This document shows positions 23,997-36,960 of a stretch of 46,079 nt of DNA, one piece after another. Numbering within the stretch: the stretch's first letter is position 1; every line of letters begins with the position of its first letter. Source of the stretch: Basidiobolus ranarum (Eukaryota); contig JASJQH010006900.1 in NCBI GenBank assembly GCA_040143965.1, forward strand, positions 1-46,079, given 5' to 3'. The translations under genes were made by a program, and so were the position numbers. Below the pieces are notes generated by a model. The model was not told the origin of the DNA. It searched no databases and was given only the letters and a program-made list of their open reading frames with translations.

Positions 23997-25707
23997 ATGG
24001 TTGATTCTACGGCTAGCACAACTGAGACTCCGAAGTATGGAACGACCCGCGGAAATTTTGCTCAAGCTAGAGATCCTAGCCTGAAGTACTCGGATGATAT
24101 TGATCCCACACTCTCTTTCTTTTGTTAGTATTGGTTTAACTAATGAAATATTTTTGGCCCGCCACTAACGAGTATCTTGTTTATTTCCGCAGATTCTTCG
24201 AAAACCATTAGTCTTTTGATTCTAATGCTTTTTGTTCTTTTATACGTGGCTTTGGGTTCCAACTCGCAAGATACCGTCGGGAATATTAAAATGTAAACTT
24301 TTTTTGAGCTTAGGAGTCAATTACATTTCTAACATTCTATTTATTAGGGGTATTCTTGCTGCGGCATTTGTTTTCATTTTCATTGGACTAGTACAATTCG
24401 GAGATGGTGCCTTCATTCGGCCTCATCCTGCTATTTGGAGAATTGTTCTCGCAGCAAGTGTTCTTTATGAGATGTTCTTAGTTTTTATCTTATTCCAGGT
24501 AAATTCGATTTTGAATGCAATTTGCTCTTGATACAAAATTAACGGATAGGTATATACATTATATGTAATAGAATGCTACAGACGCCCGCTTGTTATTCAA
24601 GTACATTGACCCCGCTCTTGGTATCCCACTTCCTGACAGATCTTACGCCGAAAATTGCGACTTCACTGTATCAAATGTTTGGGTAAGATGAATGAGTAAT
24701 TTCGATATGTTTAAATAGTACTAACAAAGGTACATATTGATTTGGCTATTAGGATTCTATGGACGCTTTCGTTCTAGCTCATTCCATCGGTTGGTTTTGT
24801 AAAGCGATTATTCTACGTGACTACTGGTTTTGCTGGATTATTTCTATAATGTTCGAGTTTATGGAGTACTCGTTACAACACCAACTTGCTAATTTTGCTG
24901 AATGTTGGTGGGATCATGTGAGTAATTGAATATATTAGACATTTCACACACCATATACTAAACTGATTGCATCGATTTACAGTGGATTCTGGACGTTCTA
25001 GTCTGTAACTGGCTTGGTACATACGTCGGTATGAAGTTCTGCGAATATTTCTCGATGAGAGTAAGTTGGCATTTATTACCTCAACCGAAACTTCAGCCTA
25101 ATACTCACCTATATTGTTAAAATATAGCATTATTCTTGGAGAGGTATCAAGCAAATTCCCGATTATCGCGGAAAAGTTAAAAGAACTGTTCAACAGTTTA
25201 CTCCACATAGCTGGACAACTTTCCATTGGGGAGCTACTGAAAGTTTCAAAAACTATGTTGCTGTTATTTTACTATTGGCAGCGGTTTTGATGTGTGAATT
25301 GAATGCATTCTACCTCAAAACTCTATTGTGGTTGCCTCCGGAGCACTACCTCAACATCTCCCGCCTCTTACTATTTTTCCTCATCGCCACTCCTGCTGTT
25401 AGAGAAGTATACCAATTTCTCATGGACAAGTAAGTCATCATGATCATTCGTTTGGTTTGCAGTTGCATGTCTAATTGTCGGTTAAATTAGGAACTGTAAA
25501 CGTATTGGTGCTCAAGCCTGGCTTGCGATCGCATGTATCATGACTGAAGCTCTCATCATTCTCAAGTTTGGTCGGAACGAATTCCCCAACCCTGCGCCAT
25601 CTCACATCAAGATATTCTGGGTTGTTCTACTTAGCTTAGTTGCCATATACCCTGTCTGGCAATTCTTGATCAAACCTAGATTAGAAAAGGTTGAAAAGAA
25701 AGACTGA
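23997..25707 (+). CDS. Phosphatidylserine synthase, base-exchange (PTDSS/PSS) type, multi-exon
   Basis: Motifs [28 protein letters not shown] and [34 protein letters not shown]. Multiple hydrophobic segments. C-terminus ends KKD. Confidence 0.92.
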
Positions 25708-25907
25708 ACACAGCATTTATATGGTTTGTCTTAAGCCATGAACCAACTTTACATTTCAAGCAATCATGATAGACATCTTTAGTGCCCGGATATGTTTTCT
25801 GGCTCTATGCTATGTGTACTCGGCTAGGCATCTCATTCATCAATACATCGTTTTATCTTCATGAATAAATAGTTATTACAATATTTAAGACACCTCATTG
25901 TCCGATA

Positions 25908-25967
25908 CATGGATACTGTCGTCACTAGTCAATTATTCATGGATACTGTCATCACTAGTCAATTTTT
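25908..25967. repeat. Near-perfect 30-bp tandem duplication upstream of RPS15
   Basis: CATGGATACTGTC(G/A)TCACTAGTCAATT(A/T)TT occurs twice. Confidence 0.9.
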
Positions 25968-26141
25968 TCCATGGAAATCCCAATTAGGGACAGGAGGAAT
26001 TTTTCACAGTACCCCTGTTTATTGTATGGACTGCATTCGATGAGAAGAATCAAAACTGATCGGGGGTTGATAAGAGACATCCTCTTAGCGCGTGGAAAAT
26101 CCCTCTTGATCCTTTAGGAATTCATTCACTGGACCTTCACC

Positions 26142-26690
26142 ATGGTATGTATAGGCAGTTTATCTACATCTATTCATCCATCCATCCATCTAGCAAATGC
26201 AAACCATGAATAAACTATCCAACCATTACTGATCTCGATTCATTACTATCAGGCCGATAACGTCGAAATCAAAAAGAAGAGAACCTTCCGTAAGTACTCG
26301 TACCGTGGAGTTGATCTTGACCAACTTTTGGACTTGTCCAGCGAACAATTCATGGAACTTGTCCACTGCCGTGCCCGCAGAAAGTTCAACCGCGGTCTTA
26401 AGCGCAAGCCTATGGGTCTCATCAAGAAGTTGAGAAAGGCCAAGACTGAAGCCCCTGCCAACGAAAAGCCCGAAGTTGTTAAGACTCACCTTCGTAACAT
26501 GATCATTGTTCCCGAAATGATCGGCTCAGTTGTCGGTGTTTACAACGGAAAGACTTTCAACCAAGTTGAAATTAAGCCTGAGATGATCGGTCACTACCTC
26601 GGAGAGTTCTCCATTACCTACAAGCCCGTCAAGCACGGTCGTCCCGGTATTGGTGCCACTAACTCTTCTCGTTTTGTTCCCCTCAAGTAA
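26142..26690 (+). CDS. RPS15: 40S ribosomal protein S15 (uS19); ATG-only first exon, intron 26145-26252
   Basis: [27 protein letters not shown]...[17 protein letters not shown]...[20 protein letters not shown]. Confidence 0.97.
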
Positions 26691-27198
26691 ACAACACAAT
26701 TATAATAAATACTTCACAATGTGTATTCCAAACATTTACTTGTTCACAAAATATTTTCCCATTCTTTTCGTATCTTGACGACATGTACATGAGTGCACAG
26801 TTACAATTAAACTGCAGTAAATTTCAAGCTGGTGAAATACTTGGCAGACGATGAGCAATAATGTTGTGTATTCAATTCTTTAAGATCAGTTGTTCAAATC
26901 GTTTGTTAATCGCTGCTAGATGATATTATCCACGCGATCTGTAGATTGAATTCCAATTGGGAAATCTGAAAAAAAAATTCCTAATTTTTTTCAGAAATTA
27001 GGGTCTCTGTTCAAGGACCCCGAAAGAGGTGCTTACAAAAGAGGTTCGTTGCATTGGACGTATCTTCCTTCTCGAATTTTCGTGTACTCTTCCTAGGGGT
27101 AAGAAATCATTTCCAACATAATTGGCGTCATTGATAGATGCATGTCCATGGTTGTAGATAGATACGGATGTTAACTCCATTTTTATTTAGAATTTAAT

Positions 27199-27531
27199 AT
27201 GCGTTATATTGCTGCCTACCTTCTCCTCACCCTTGGTGGTAACCAAGCCCCTTCCGCTGGTGATGTTGAAAAGCTCCTCTCCTCTGTTGGTATTGAAGCT
27301 GACTCTGAGCGTCTCAGCAAATTGATCTCCGAATTGGAGGGTAAGAACGTTGAGGAACTCATTGCCCAAGGTAAGGAGAAACTTGCCTCCGTTCCTTCCG
27401 GTGGTGCCGCCTCTGCCTCCGCTTCCAGCGGTGCTGCTGCCGGTGGTGCTGACTCCGCTCCTGCCGCTGCCAAGGAGGAGGAAGCCAAGGAAGAGTCCGA
27501 TGACGATATGGGTTTCGGTCTTTTCGATTAA
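27199..27531 (+). CDS. RPP2: 60S acidic ribosomal protein P2 (probable 5'UTR intron ~27099-27190)
   Basis: [12 protein letters not shown] at the N-terminus, an Ala-rich hinge, and C-terminal [13 protein letters not shown]. Confidence 0.97.
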   Translation: MRYIAAYLLLTLGGNQAPSAGDVEKLLSSVGIEADSERLSKLISELEGKNVEELIAQGKEKLASVPSGGAASASASSGAAAGGADSAPAAAKEEEAKEESDDDMGFGLFD

Positions 27532-28034
27532 ACTAATATCCTCTCTACGCGTCCTTTATGTTGCTTAGCAACTTTACATTGTGCTATTAAGAGCACTTTG
27601 AATGTTGTATAATCACAATAAACAAACAAAAATAAGAATTTTGCATTCACTATATAACCTATGATATTATCAGTTGGTCAAGAGATTTCTATATGTTCTA
27701 CGATGGTTTAGTTCCAAATGAGCATCTTCAGATGAATCCACTTGAGGTCATTCGGATCCAATGAAATGAAAGTGCATTTAATGATTTCGTTAAGGGATCC
27801 GATATCATGTAAGACCACGTTCCAAGCAAGAAATTACCTTTCCAGAAGAGTTAACAAAAGCGGTCACGCGAATCAGAGGTTGTGAATTCTTTTTTTTTTA
27901 GTTGGTTCCAACTAAAAAAAAGTTATGTAAATGTGAATGTGGATTTTCTCTATTTTTCCGTTTAACGAGGGGAATTTTTTTCTCGAGTTCTTGTGTCTTA
28001 AGGAGTTGACTATTTTTCTTACTACCTTATTGAA

Positions 28035-30226
28035 ATGACCACTACTCAGCCAGTTAGTAATTCCTTTGCTAAGCGTTTAGCTCACACAGGTATGGATTTC
28101 TAAACAATCGGTTGAATCAGATCGATACCTTGAAGAATATATATTGGAGCAAAGGATTTATTTTCTCTCACTTTATTAGACAAAGCTATTCGGGATAAAG
28201 CTGTTAAAGCACTTGGAAAATGGCTTAGCAGCAGAGAGGAGCTTGATCAATTAGAGTTATTGAAACTCTGGAAGGGACTCTTCTATTGTGAGTCTATTTT
28301 GCGTAGTCATTTCACCAGTGGAGTATTTTCTTATAATTTTATACGATATATCTATAGGTTTTTGGATGTCGGACAAACCTCTTGTTCAACAACAATTATC
28401 CAATACTCTCGCCACTATGGTTTTGAATCTTCCCAGTACAGTAGCTATTCCTTTTGTCAAGGCTTTTTGGGAGATTATAGTTAGAGAATGGAATGGAATC
28501 GATCGTTATAGGTAGTTTTATGTATACTTTCGATTCAACCTAGAGTGATTCTTATTGATATTTCTCCTTAAATCATTCATAGATTGGACAAATTTTACTT
28601 ACTCTTGAGAAGATACGTTCATTTCACCCTGGTTTTCTTGATGAAAAACGAGTGGGATTCCGAATTAGTGGATCAATATGTAGATATGATGAAGAATGGT
28701 GTTTTCTGGTAAAATATCGCTGAATCCATTTTCACTCTTCAGCTTCAACTAAACATTCTTCTTTTTAGTCCAGGAAATGCTCAAATTCCCGTTAGTGTTC
28801 GTTTACATGTATCCGATTTATTCTTAGAAGAACTTGAGAAAGTAGTTCCAGAGGAGGTAATTAGAATATGATAAGGAAATCATTTTTAATCAATTTCATA
28901 TTAATCATTCATTGATTGATTAGCAAAGAGAGCAAATTCCAATGGAGAAACTTTTATTCCCCTTTTTCCATTTCGTCTCTCGTAATCCTAACAAATTGGT
29001 ATTTACTCGTATGCAAGAGAACATATTCCGACCACTTTTAGAGCGTATGACTCAATGTAGGTTTCATATTCCTGGTCATAGCATTTCATTTATATCTTAC
29101 TTATCTTGCGTACTTTTATTAGTGGATTCGGAAGAGGAGGAACAGAAATCGGTTTATAATTATCAATCCATTGCTCAATCACTTGTTGAAATCATGGCTG
29201 ATCCTGAAACCACCGGAATTAAGCGTAGACGTATTAAGAAATTCTTGAGTGGTTTCTCTGGATCAGTGGATCTAGAAAATGCCACTGAAATGGAGGGTGT
29301 TGACTCCATGGATATCGAGGAAGAGGAGGAAGAAGAAGAAGAGATTCAAGTGGTTCAACCTACTAAAAAGGAGTTGAAAAAGAGAAAGAGACAGAAGAAT
29401 GAACAAGCACCTGTGGAAGAAGCTGCCCCTATGGAGGAAGCTGAGATCGTGGATGAGGTAGTAAGCGAACCTGTTTCAGTCAAAGAAAATAAGAAAAAGA
29501 AGAAGCAAAAGGTCGTGGAAATTCCCGTCGAAACTCCTACCGAAGTCGTCGCTGAACCTGTTAAAGAAACTAAGAAAAAGAAGAAACAACAGGTTGAGGT
29601 GAACTCTATGGAGGTTGAATCCGTAGAAGAGACTACAGTTACTGAGGAAGTAAGTCAACCAATCAAGGCAAAAGCCAGTAAGAAACAAAAGAAGCAAAAG
29701 GTTGTCGAAGAAACCGTGCAACAAGTAGTCGACGAAATCTCGGAAGAAATCGCTGTCACAGAGGAACCCGTAAGTCAATGCTATCTCATGAGGCTTTATT
29801 CTATTGTTTTCTAATCCCAATTTACAGGTTAAGAAAGTTTCCAAGAAGAGCAAGAAGCAAAAGATCGTTGAAACTGAGGTTGTTGAGGAGACTGCTGTAG
29901 TGGAAGCACCCGTAAGTTGTACATTTTGAATTCATAAAGTTGCATTTATTCATATATATCGGTCATTTTAGATTAAGAAGTCCAAGAAGAAGGTAAAGGC
30001 TGAGGAAGTTTCTACACCCAAGCCAGTAGAGCCATCCACTCCTATCTCCAACGCATCCAAGAAGTCCGTTCAATGGGGATTGGAAAACAACTCTGTAAAA
30101 AGGTTCAAGAAGCAACTCCCAGTTTCACCAAAGCCATCTCCAGTCTCCTCAGACAGGAAACCCATTAAGAGTGCGTTGAAGAAATCTAAGCGTTCTTTTA
30201 TTTCCATCACCAAGTCATCCACATAG
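28035..30226 (+). CDS. RRP1: Rrp1/Nop52 rRNA-processing protein with a long Lys/Glu-rich tail, multi-exon
   Basis: [36 protein letters not shown] and REWNGIDRYRLDKFYLLLR are Nop52-domain motifs. Confidence 0.92.
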
Positions 30227-31319
30227 ATTTTCTTAATGATTTTTTTGTTTTATTCGTTTTATTCGTTCCTGATTATATCAACTTTTCCCTTATGATTCTT
30301 TACCCTTACACATATAATCATAATCTAAAGACAGTTGAAATAGAATCCCTCGCCAACGTATCAGTAAATTCTTATCATAAAATTGCTTTAACATCGAGTC
30401 TTCAGCCATTGCAACTACGTTAAGCCATAAAAGAATTGGTAAAATCCTTCATGTCGATGATGTCAACCTTTGAGATATTGGAATTAGTTCAGTGCATTGC
30501 TATTGGTATTGCTATTCACGTGAAGTTGGTTATTACTCCAAAACTATGCTCTTTGGGCCTAGTGTCGTCAATAATGATAAAAAAGCGATGGCTTCGAAAG
30601 TATCGTACATGATACTTGGTCATGACTCTTATTAAGCCTTCCCCCTAAACAGCTTCAGTTAGGTGCTGTTGTAACTGACTCAATGTCTTTGACCATTACC
30701 TCTGAGTTAATGATTTCCACTCTTTTTGCTAGGTGTAAATCCTTTAAAGAACGATAGTTTCGAGTAACACTAAAAAATTCCGATAAAAATAGAATTGAAC
30801 GATTGTTGGATTCAACCAGTCTAAAAAAATACCCCTCACATATTCTTATTTTTGGGTTGATTCAAGGATGAAATGTTGGCTAAATTTCCCATCACCTGCT
30901 CATCTATTAGCAGTTCCCAATTTTCCCGCTACAAGTTAAAAAATTGTGTCATTGTCAATATGTAAGATATCTCATTTTGCGACATATTTACAAATTCACA
31001 GAAATGAACCACTCGATCGATTATTGTAGAATCCTGTAGTAATGGCGCTAAAGCAATGGTGAGGAAGCCCCCTTTTGAAAATACCTTTGAGCCTCGAACA
31101 CCTAAATAAGCATGGAGATGTTCCCCTAACCTTGTTGATATATCGGAGTAAGACTAGGCAGTCCATTACCAATGGTAAAGGTATATCCAAAGAGAAGAAA
31201 TGTTAGGTTTGGGAGTTTTCTTATCAGGCTTAAATTTGGGATAAAAAAGATCTGATTGCTGACAGTGCGGTGTACCTGTATATTCCAAGGTTAACTTATC
31301 ATTTCCTCTCCACAGATAT

Positions 31320-32236
31320 TAAATGAAAAAAAATACAAAAACAAGCAAGAGATTCTGACTTGTACATGTAGTGTCTTCTCTCATCTGTGAAGTTAAATAT
31401 CTTCTTAGGGTTCTAACTTCTGGATGCAATCTTGGGCCATGGATGTAAAATGTATGGCCTTGCCACTGTTGAGGTATCTTCAAAGTAAACAGTCAATCAA
31501 GAGACTTGGTATAGTGACTGTTTAATGATTTACCTGAGGAAGATTTATCAAAAACTGATTCACTATTTTATAGTAACTCATGGAGACTGCAGAGACATGG
31601 GTTCTATTATACAACATTAGTAATTATTCTCAATAAGATTAGGGTTGCTTTGACTCACTTATTCATTGATGATCCTTCACTGCAGCTCTCATCTGAACTT
31701 TAGAACAACTTTGAATATTAGAAATACAAAGGAGAACAGAAACACTGACGGCATACGTTGACTCTGATTCGTAATGTATTTCTTGCATTCTTTTGGAATC
31801 ATCATTTAGACGTGCATCAGCTGTTATTTGGGATCTTCTCATCAGGTTACGCGCTTTTTTCTTGAAATGTGATATGATTGAGATACATAGATGGAGTAAC
31901 ATATCAATTGTTTCCTTCTCACCCAGTTGTGTGCTTCCAGTTGAAGTGCCTTGAGATCATGGTCCACAATATCTGGTCTAATGGAAATGAGCTTCTAAGT
32001 ACTAGACGTTGATTTGGGACTGCTTACTTGTTGTCTACTACTTTTTGTGTCCCCTATTTTATGATATAGAATTTATTACCAAACCTGGATACATAATACA
32101 AGATTACTTCTACCTCATTCGACCAGTCAGCTCGGTTCAAATTGTCACAGTTCTCCTAACAAGTCAACTAGTTGATATAGAATCAAGCCTCAAAATGAAC
32201 TGAATGAAACTCAACTGCATCTAGAATATTTATCAT
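31320..32236 (-). CDS. Putative multi-exon orphan gene (boundaries uncertain)
   Basis: Exons 32155-32114, 32053-32028, 31977-31923 and 31860-31757 are each bounded by AG/GT and join in one open frame. No family recognised. Confidence 0.4.
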
Positions 32237-32944
32237 ACCAGAAACTAGATATTCATCTACAAGTTCCGGGCAATCTAGATTCTCCGCCGGTTCCAAACTA
32301 CCCGTAAATTATTTAAGGAATATTCGCGAAAAAACGTGAAAAAATTTCTTGGAATTTTACGTGATTTCATCGCTACCCTCCCATTTGGCTGCATAGTATA
32401 CCACACCCTACAATCGAAGAATTGAATGGAATTAGATAAGAGTTATGGAGACCACAAGTAGACATGATGCTATACATCAATTTTCCGATAACCAAGTATC
32501 CTTTCGATAACGTAAGATTGATCTACGCGAGAACTCATGCTTCCTTGTAGGCGAACTGTGGATGTTCGTCGGTATTTATTTATACCCACTAGATTGATGA
32601 ATCACTAGATCAGTGAGTATATCAAATGATGCTCTTTAGCTATGAAACCGATAATTGGAATTGAAAGCCAAATGCTTTAATGATAGAATACACGGTTAAA
32701 GAGGGTTAAGTTTGGTTGGAGGAAGTAGCAGTAATACTCCCGGGTTGTAGAAGAAGGATATGTATGTCTGGCACCCCTGGATCACAACTTCACAACCACT
32801 AGGAGAAGTGTTCATATATTAAACAGAAGGGGAAGGGTTAGCCTAAAGGGATGGGCGGGTAGGGGATGTGAAAGGGTAAAAGATAATAAATGAATCTTAA
32901 TAATTCGGAGAAATATGATTAAAGTCTAAAATAAAGGGGATAAC

Positions 32945-33988
32945 TTAGGCGCTTGGCCTACTCTCTTCGATTTTCAATGTAAAATCATTACTTTCTAAAT
33001 TCTTCATCTGAGTATCAACTGATTGATAGGTACTCGGTTTCTTAGAGTCATCTAGACCATACATGTAACTGGAGTAAATGACTAGAGAGGATCCCACAAG
33101 GAAAAGAAAGGTAATATGGAAATCAAACAAGTAAACTGAGAACAGACTAGATACAATGATAGAGATACTAGTGGCGAATCCCTTGAGAATGTTATCTGCG
33201 TACTTGACTACCATAGCAACGATGATACCTCCACAAGCTTGACAAGCGATAGCCATGTAGGTGTATTTGTCATAACCATACCAGAAGCCGTTGGACCTGA
33301 CACTTTCTCCATCCATCCATAAGACACCCAGGAAAATGGCTGGGAACAAGGAGAAAAAGGACAATTGAATGTTACGTACCCAGAGAGAGGCACGAGTTCC
33401 CTTGAGGATTTTTTCAAAGTACACACCAGCCAAACCAGATATGACACAGGCACACACTACAGTGAACAAACCAAGAAGCCTTTGGTTACGTTTCTCTTCA
33501 TCGCTTGAGGCTTCCGTTCGAAATTGAACCAATATCACACCGATGGTAAGAAGAACCAAAGATAGCCATTTCTTGGGGGACAAAGTTCTACGAAGTATGA
33601 TAACAGTACAGAGAGCGGTGGTAAGAATTTTGAGTTGATAAGTAACTTGGAAAGTTGCAGCATCTAAAAGAGTAACCGCAACGTATTGCAGGTTATTTTG
33701 CAGAGTATATAATCCAGCAGGAATCATCAGTTTCCAAGCATCTCGGCTGAAAACTTCGGAAAATATCTCTCGAGGTTGAATATATCCTTTGAGTTTTAGT
33801 TCATCACGGGCGTGCATAAAGAGACAAATAATAAGTTTGGTAAATTCGGATAGCGCGACAGCTGTTGAAGTGGCATAACGTGGTTCGCTATATCTAGATT
33901 GTCTCATGACTAGAACCAGAGCACTGTTCTGTAAGACCAGAATGAGTAAACTCAAATACTTCATCGGGATTTTTTCTAGCGATGACAT
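32945..33988 (-). CDS. Nucleotide-sugar transporter, SLC35A family (UDP-galactose/UDP-GlcNAc-like)
   Basis: KYLSLLILVLQNS, STAVALSEFTKL, PAGLYTLQNNLQY, FQVTYQLKILTTA, AGVYFEKILK and VVKYADNILKGFATS. Confidence 0.93.
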   Translation of the reverse strand: MSSLEKIPMKYLSLLILVLQNSALVLVMRQSRYSEPRYATSTAVALSEFTKLIICLFMHARDELKLKGYIQPREIFSEVFSRDAWKLMIPAGLYTLQNNLQYVAVTLLDAATFQVTYQLKILTTALCTVIILRRTLSPKKWLSLVLLTIGVILVQFRTEASSDEEKRNQRLLGLFTVVCACVISGLAGVYFEKILKGTRASLWVRNIQLSFFSLFPAIFLGVLWMDGESVRSNGFWYGYDKYTYMAIACQACGGIIVAMVVKYADNILKGFATSISIIVSSLFSVYLFDFHITFLFLVGSSLVIYSSYMYGLDDSKKPSTYQSVDTQMKNLESNDFTLKIEESRPSA

Positions 33989-35061
33989 CTATAAAATTAA
34001 TGATTACTTGTTAGTGACTGTGTTCGGAATAAGAAAGGCATATTATTTAGAGAAGGGAGCATAAATACCTTGGCAACTCACAGAGTACTAAAGTGCGATG
34101 AAGAGAAGAATAAAGAAACCAAAGACAAAGTCTCCGCTGAAATAGTAATGACACAAAAAGAAATCAAGTCCAAAAAAAACTAAGGAAGATCAATGATTTT
34201 AAAGGCCATATAAGATTGGCTTTGCAGTTTAGTTGGCGTCCAATTACATGATAAAAAGATTTATTTATTAGGAAGCTATGCTAGTCCAAGTATCAAGCCC
34301 GCATTTATCTTTAAAAATAGAATATCACGTATTCATGAATACTTGACACTGTCATGTCAATCCAATAACACCCCTAAATAGCGCCCTCTAGAGAGTTAAA
34401 ATAATAGCCGCGACATTAACCAAAGTCCACGAATGGGAAACATAGGAATAAATTGCCTAGTGTTGATCATGGAGGAAGTAAGTTATACAAAAATCATATA
34501 TTTGTAACCGTGCAGCCAATGGATGAAGATGAAATCTAAGGAAGTGTTTCTAAATCGAATGTTGATTCCCGTAACAAACATAGAGCAGGATTTCTCAGTA
34601 TTGATTGGTTAGATCTTGTTGACTGGTAACCAGAGTTGGCGAAATGCTTTCTCATGGATTTTTCCTTCTCTTTGACCGTGGAATTTACTCACAATTCTTG
34701 ATTAAACTTGAACAAAGCTCGTAAACTTAATCAGGAACTTTGATAGCCTTCTTGATTAAATCTATGGGCTTAGAATACAGCTATGAAAAGCTTGATCAAC
34801 CAGGTTGAGCTAACTATGATTGAAATGTCCACTGTCTGGTTTTTGTTGCTCGTTATTGAATCACTATTGATTCACACTACTGTGTCATATCTACCTACTT
34901 ATATCTGCTTTGACGACAACACTAGAGAATGTTAACGGGTGCGAGTTAAATTTTATGTAATTAAGCGATAATAAGGCGGTGACAAAGCGAAACGACTGTG
35001 ATATGGTATCAGTAATAATTTATTTCATTTTAGATGTGATACCATCGTTGACAAGAGAAAA

Positions 35062-35593
35062 TTATTGTTCCATGGCATCGGCAGTCTTGGTAGAGCGATC
35101 CTTGCGAGCGAGGAGAGCCTTACGGTCTTTGTCGAGCTTGATGTTGGTAATAACAACTTTGGAGGGATGAACACCGATGGCAGTGGTGGCACCGTTAACC
35201 TTTTCACGGGTAAGACGTTCGATGTGAATAACCCACTTCTTACGGTAGACTTGAACAATCTTGCCTTCACGGCCCTTGAAGGAACCACGAACAACCAAAA
35301 CTTCGTCATCCTTACGGACAGGGATAGAACGAGCATTGTACTTTTCTCTCAATTCCTTGGAGAGAGAAGCAGACATGATCTTTCTTCTGATGTTAGAAGG
35401 GGCGGCAAAGTGAGCCTTACGGCACTTGCGGCGGGAGGAGCTGACGTCTAAATAAGAATGGCGAGTTTAGTAGACTATTTATTGTAAGACGCTATTTAAT
35501 CCAAATTCATAACGACATCATAGACACTACTGTGCTCTTTGATGGATGGGATGATATAGGGAAATTGGATAATTTACCTTGACTGAACTTCAT
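35062..35593 (-). CDS. RPL26: 60S ribosomal protein L26 (uL24), one intron near the 5' end
   Basis: [55 protein letters not shown]. Confidence 0.97.
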
Positions 35594-35956
35594 CTTTATC
35601 CCCAAGCACTACACGAAGTTTGGTAGTATATTTGAAAGAGAAAGTCTCCAAATCTAATTTTCCTGGATTTTTGTCATTATTTTGGGATCATGTGATATAT
35701 CTTATACACTGTTGGTCTGAATTCAATTTTTTTCGACCTTCAGTTTTCAAATTTGATTCCTATTTCCATTAATGATCAATCGAATATGTACCTGATTAAT
35801 CGTTTACAAGCTAATGGAAATTATGACAACATATTCACTCAGAATGACATGAGGTCAATTAGATTGATTAGTAAGGCAGTGCTTTTCGACAGTCCATTTT
35901 CTTTTAGTTGAATAAATATCCCTTTGGCCAGTGTGATTTTGAGTTGAGCTTGAAAA

Positions 35957-36960
35957 ATGTGGGTCTTTGGTTACGGTAGTCTTATCTGGAAGGTGGATTT
36001 TCCTGTTGAAAAAATGAAAGTATATCTTATTCAGTGTTTAAGTGAAATCCCCAACTTATAGTTCATTGTTTAGAGTCCCTGGGTACATCAAAGGTCATGT
36101 TAGACGTTTCTGGCAGGTATGTCAATCTACTTAAAAATTGAACTTGCCTCTTTGCTAATAATGGTTTTTTTAGGCAAGTACTGATCACAGAGGAGTGCCC
36201 GGTGCCCCTGGAAGAGTTGTCACTTTAATTCCACACGAACAATGGAAGCTTTTAGATGACTATGTATGACCCTTCGATATGATATTGCCTTCACATTGCG
36301 ATAATACTGACTTCTCAATTAGCATGAGCACCAAGCAGATGATGTAACTTGGGGAGTAGCTCTAAAAGTACCGGAAGATCAGGTCAAAGCTGTAAAAGCT
36401 CATTTAGATTATCGGGAAAAAGTAAGTCTTCTATAGACATTCATGTTCGTCATATTATACAAACTAAGTGTGATGATAGGGTGGTTATACTGAACATTAC
36501 ATGGATATCTTTAATTACGAAAGTACTGAGCCAGTAGTAAAAGATGTAAGTTATTTGCTCTCGACTGTTTGTTTATGATTCATTTTTAAGTGTGTTCGTT
36601 AGGCCCTTGTATATGTTGGAACAACCATGAATCCTCAGTATGTTGGACCAGCTAAAGCCGAAGACATTGCCTATCAAATTTATTCTTCCGTTGGTATGTT
36701 TAGTTAACGTTAGAGCAATTCTAACATCATCATATATTAATGCAATACATATAGGACCTAGTGGGCCTAATGTTGACTATTTACTAAACCTGTGCGAGGC
36801 GTTACGTTCAATAGCACCGAATGCTCGTGATGACCATATGTTTGACCTTGAGAAAAAAGTTAAAGCTTTGGTAGCGGCTAGTGCACCCAAGGCATCTGAC
36901 GGTAAATACTTGGCGTCTGATTTGATTTTAGAGATACTAGCAACCAGGGTTACCGCTTGA
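35957..36960 (+). CDS. ChaC-family glutathione-specific gamma-glutamylcyclotransferase (7 exons)
   Basis: [16 protein letters not shown]...[30 protein letters not shown]...LDYREKGGY...[10 protein letters not shown]. The first intron appears non-canonical. Confidence 0.92.

Noticed and set aside
32945-33988. Transporter as the equivalent of the Mucorales sex-locus tptA
   Set aside because: The motifs are those of SLC35A nucleotide-sugar transporters rather than the triose-phosphate transporter family, and it lies more than 12 kb from the HMG genes.
36022-36073. U12-type (AT-start) intron as the explanation for ChaC intron 1
   Set aside because: ATATCTTAT is a poor match to ATATCCTT, the branch-like TCCCCAAC is weak, and the product would be two residues longer than with the GA donor.
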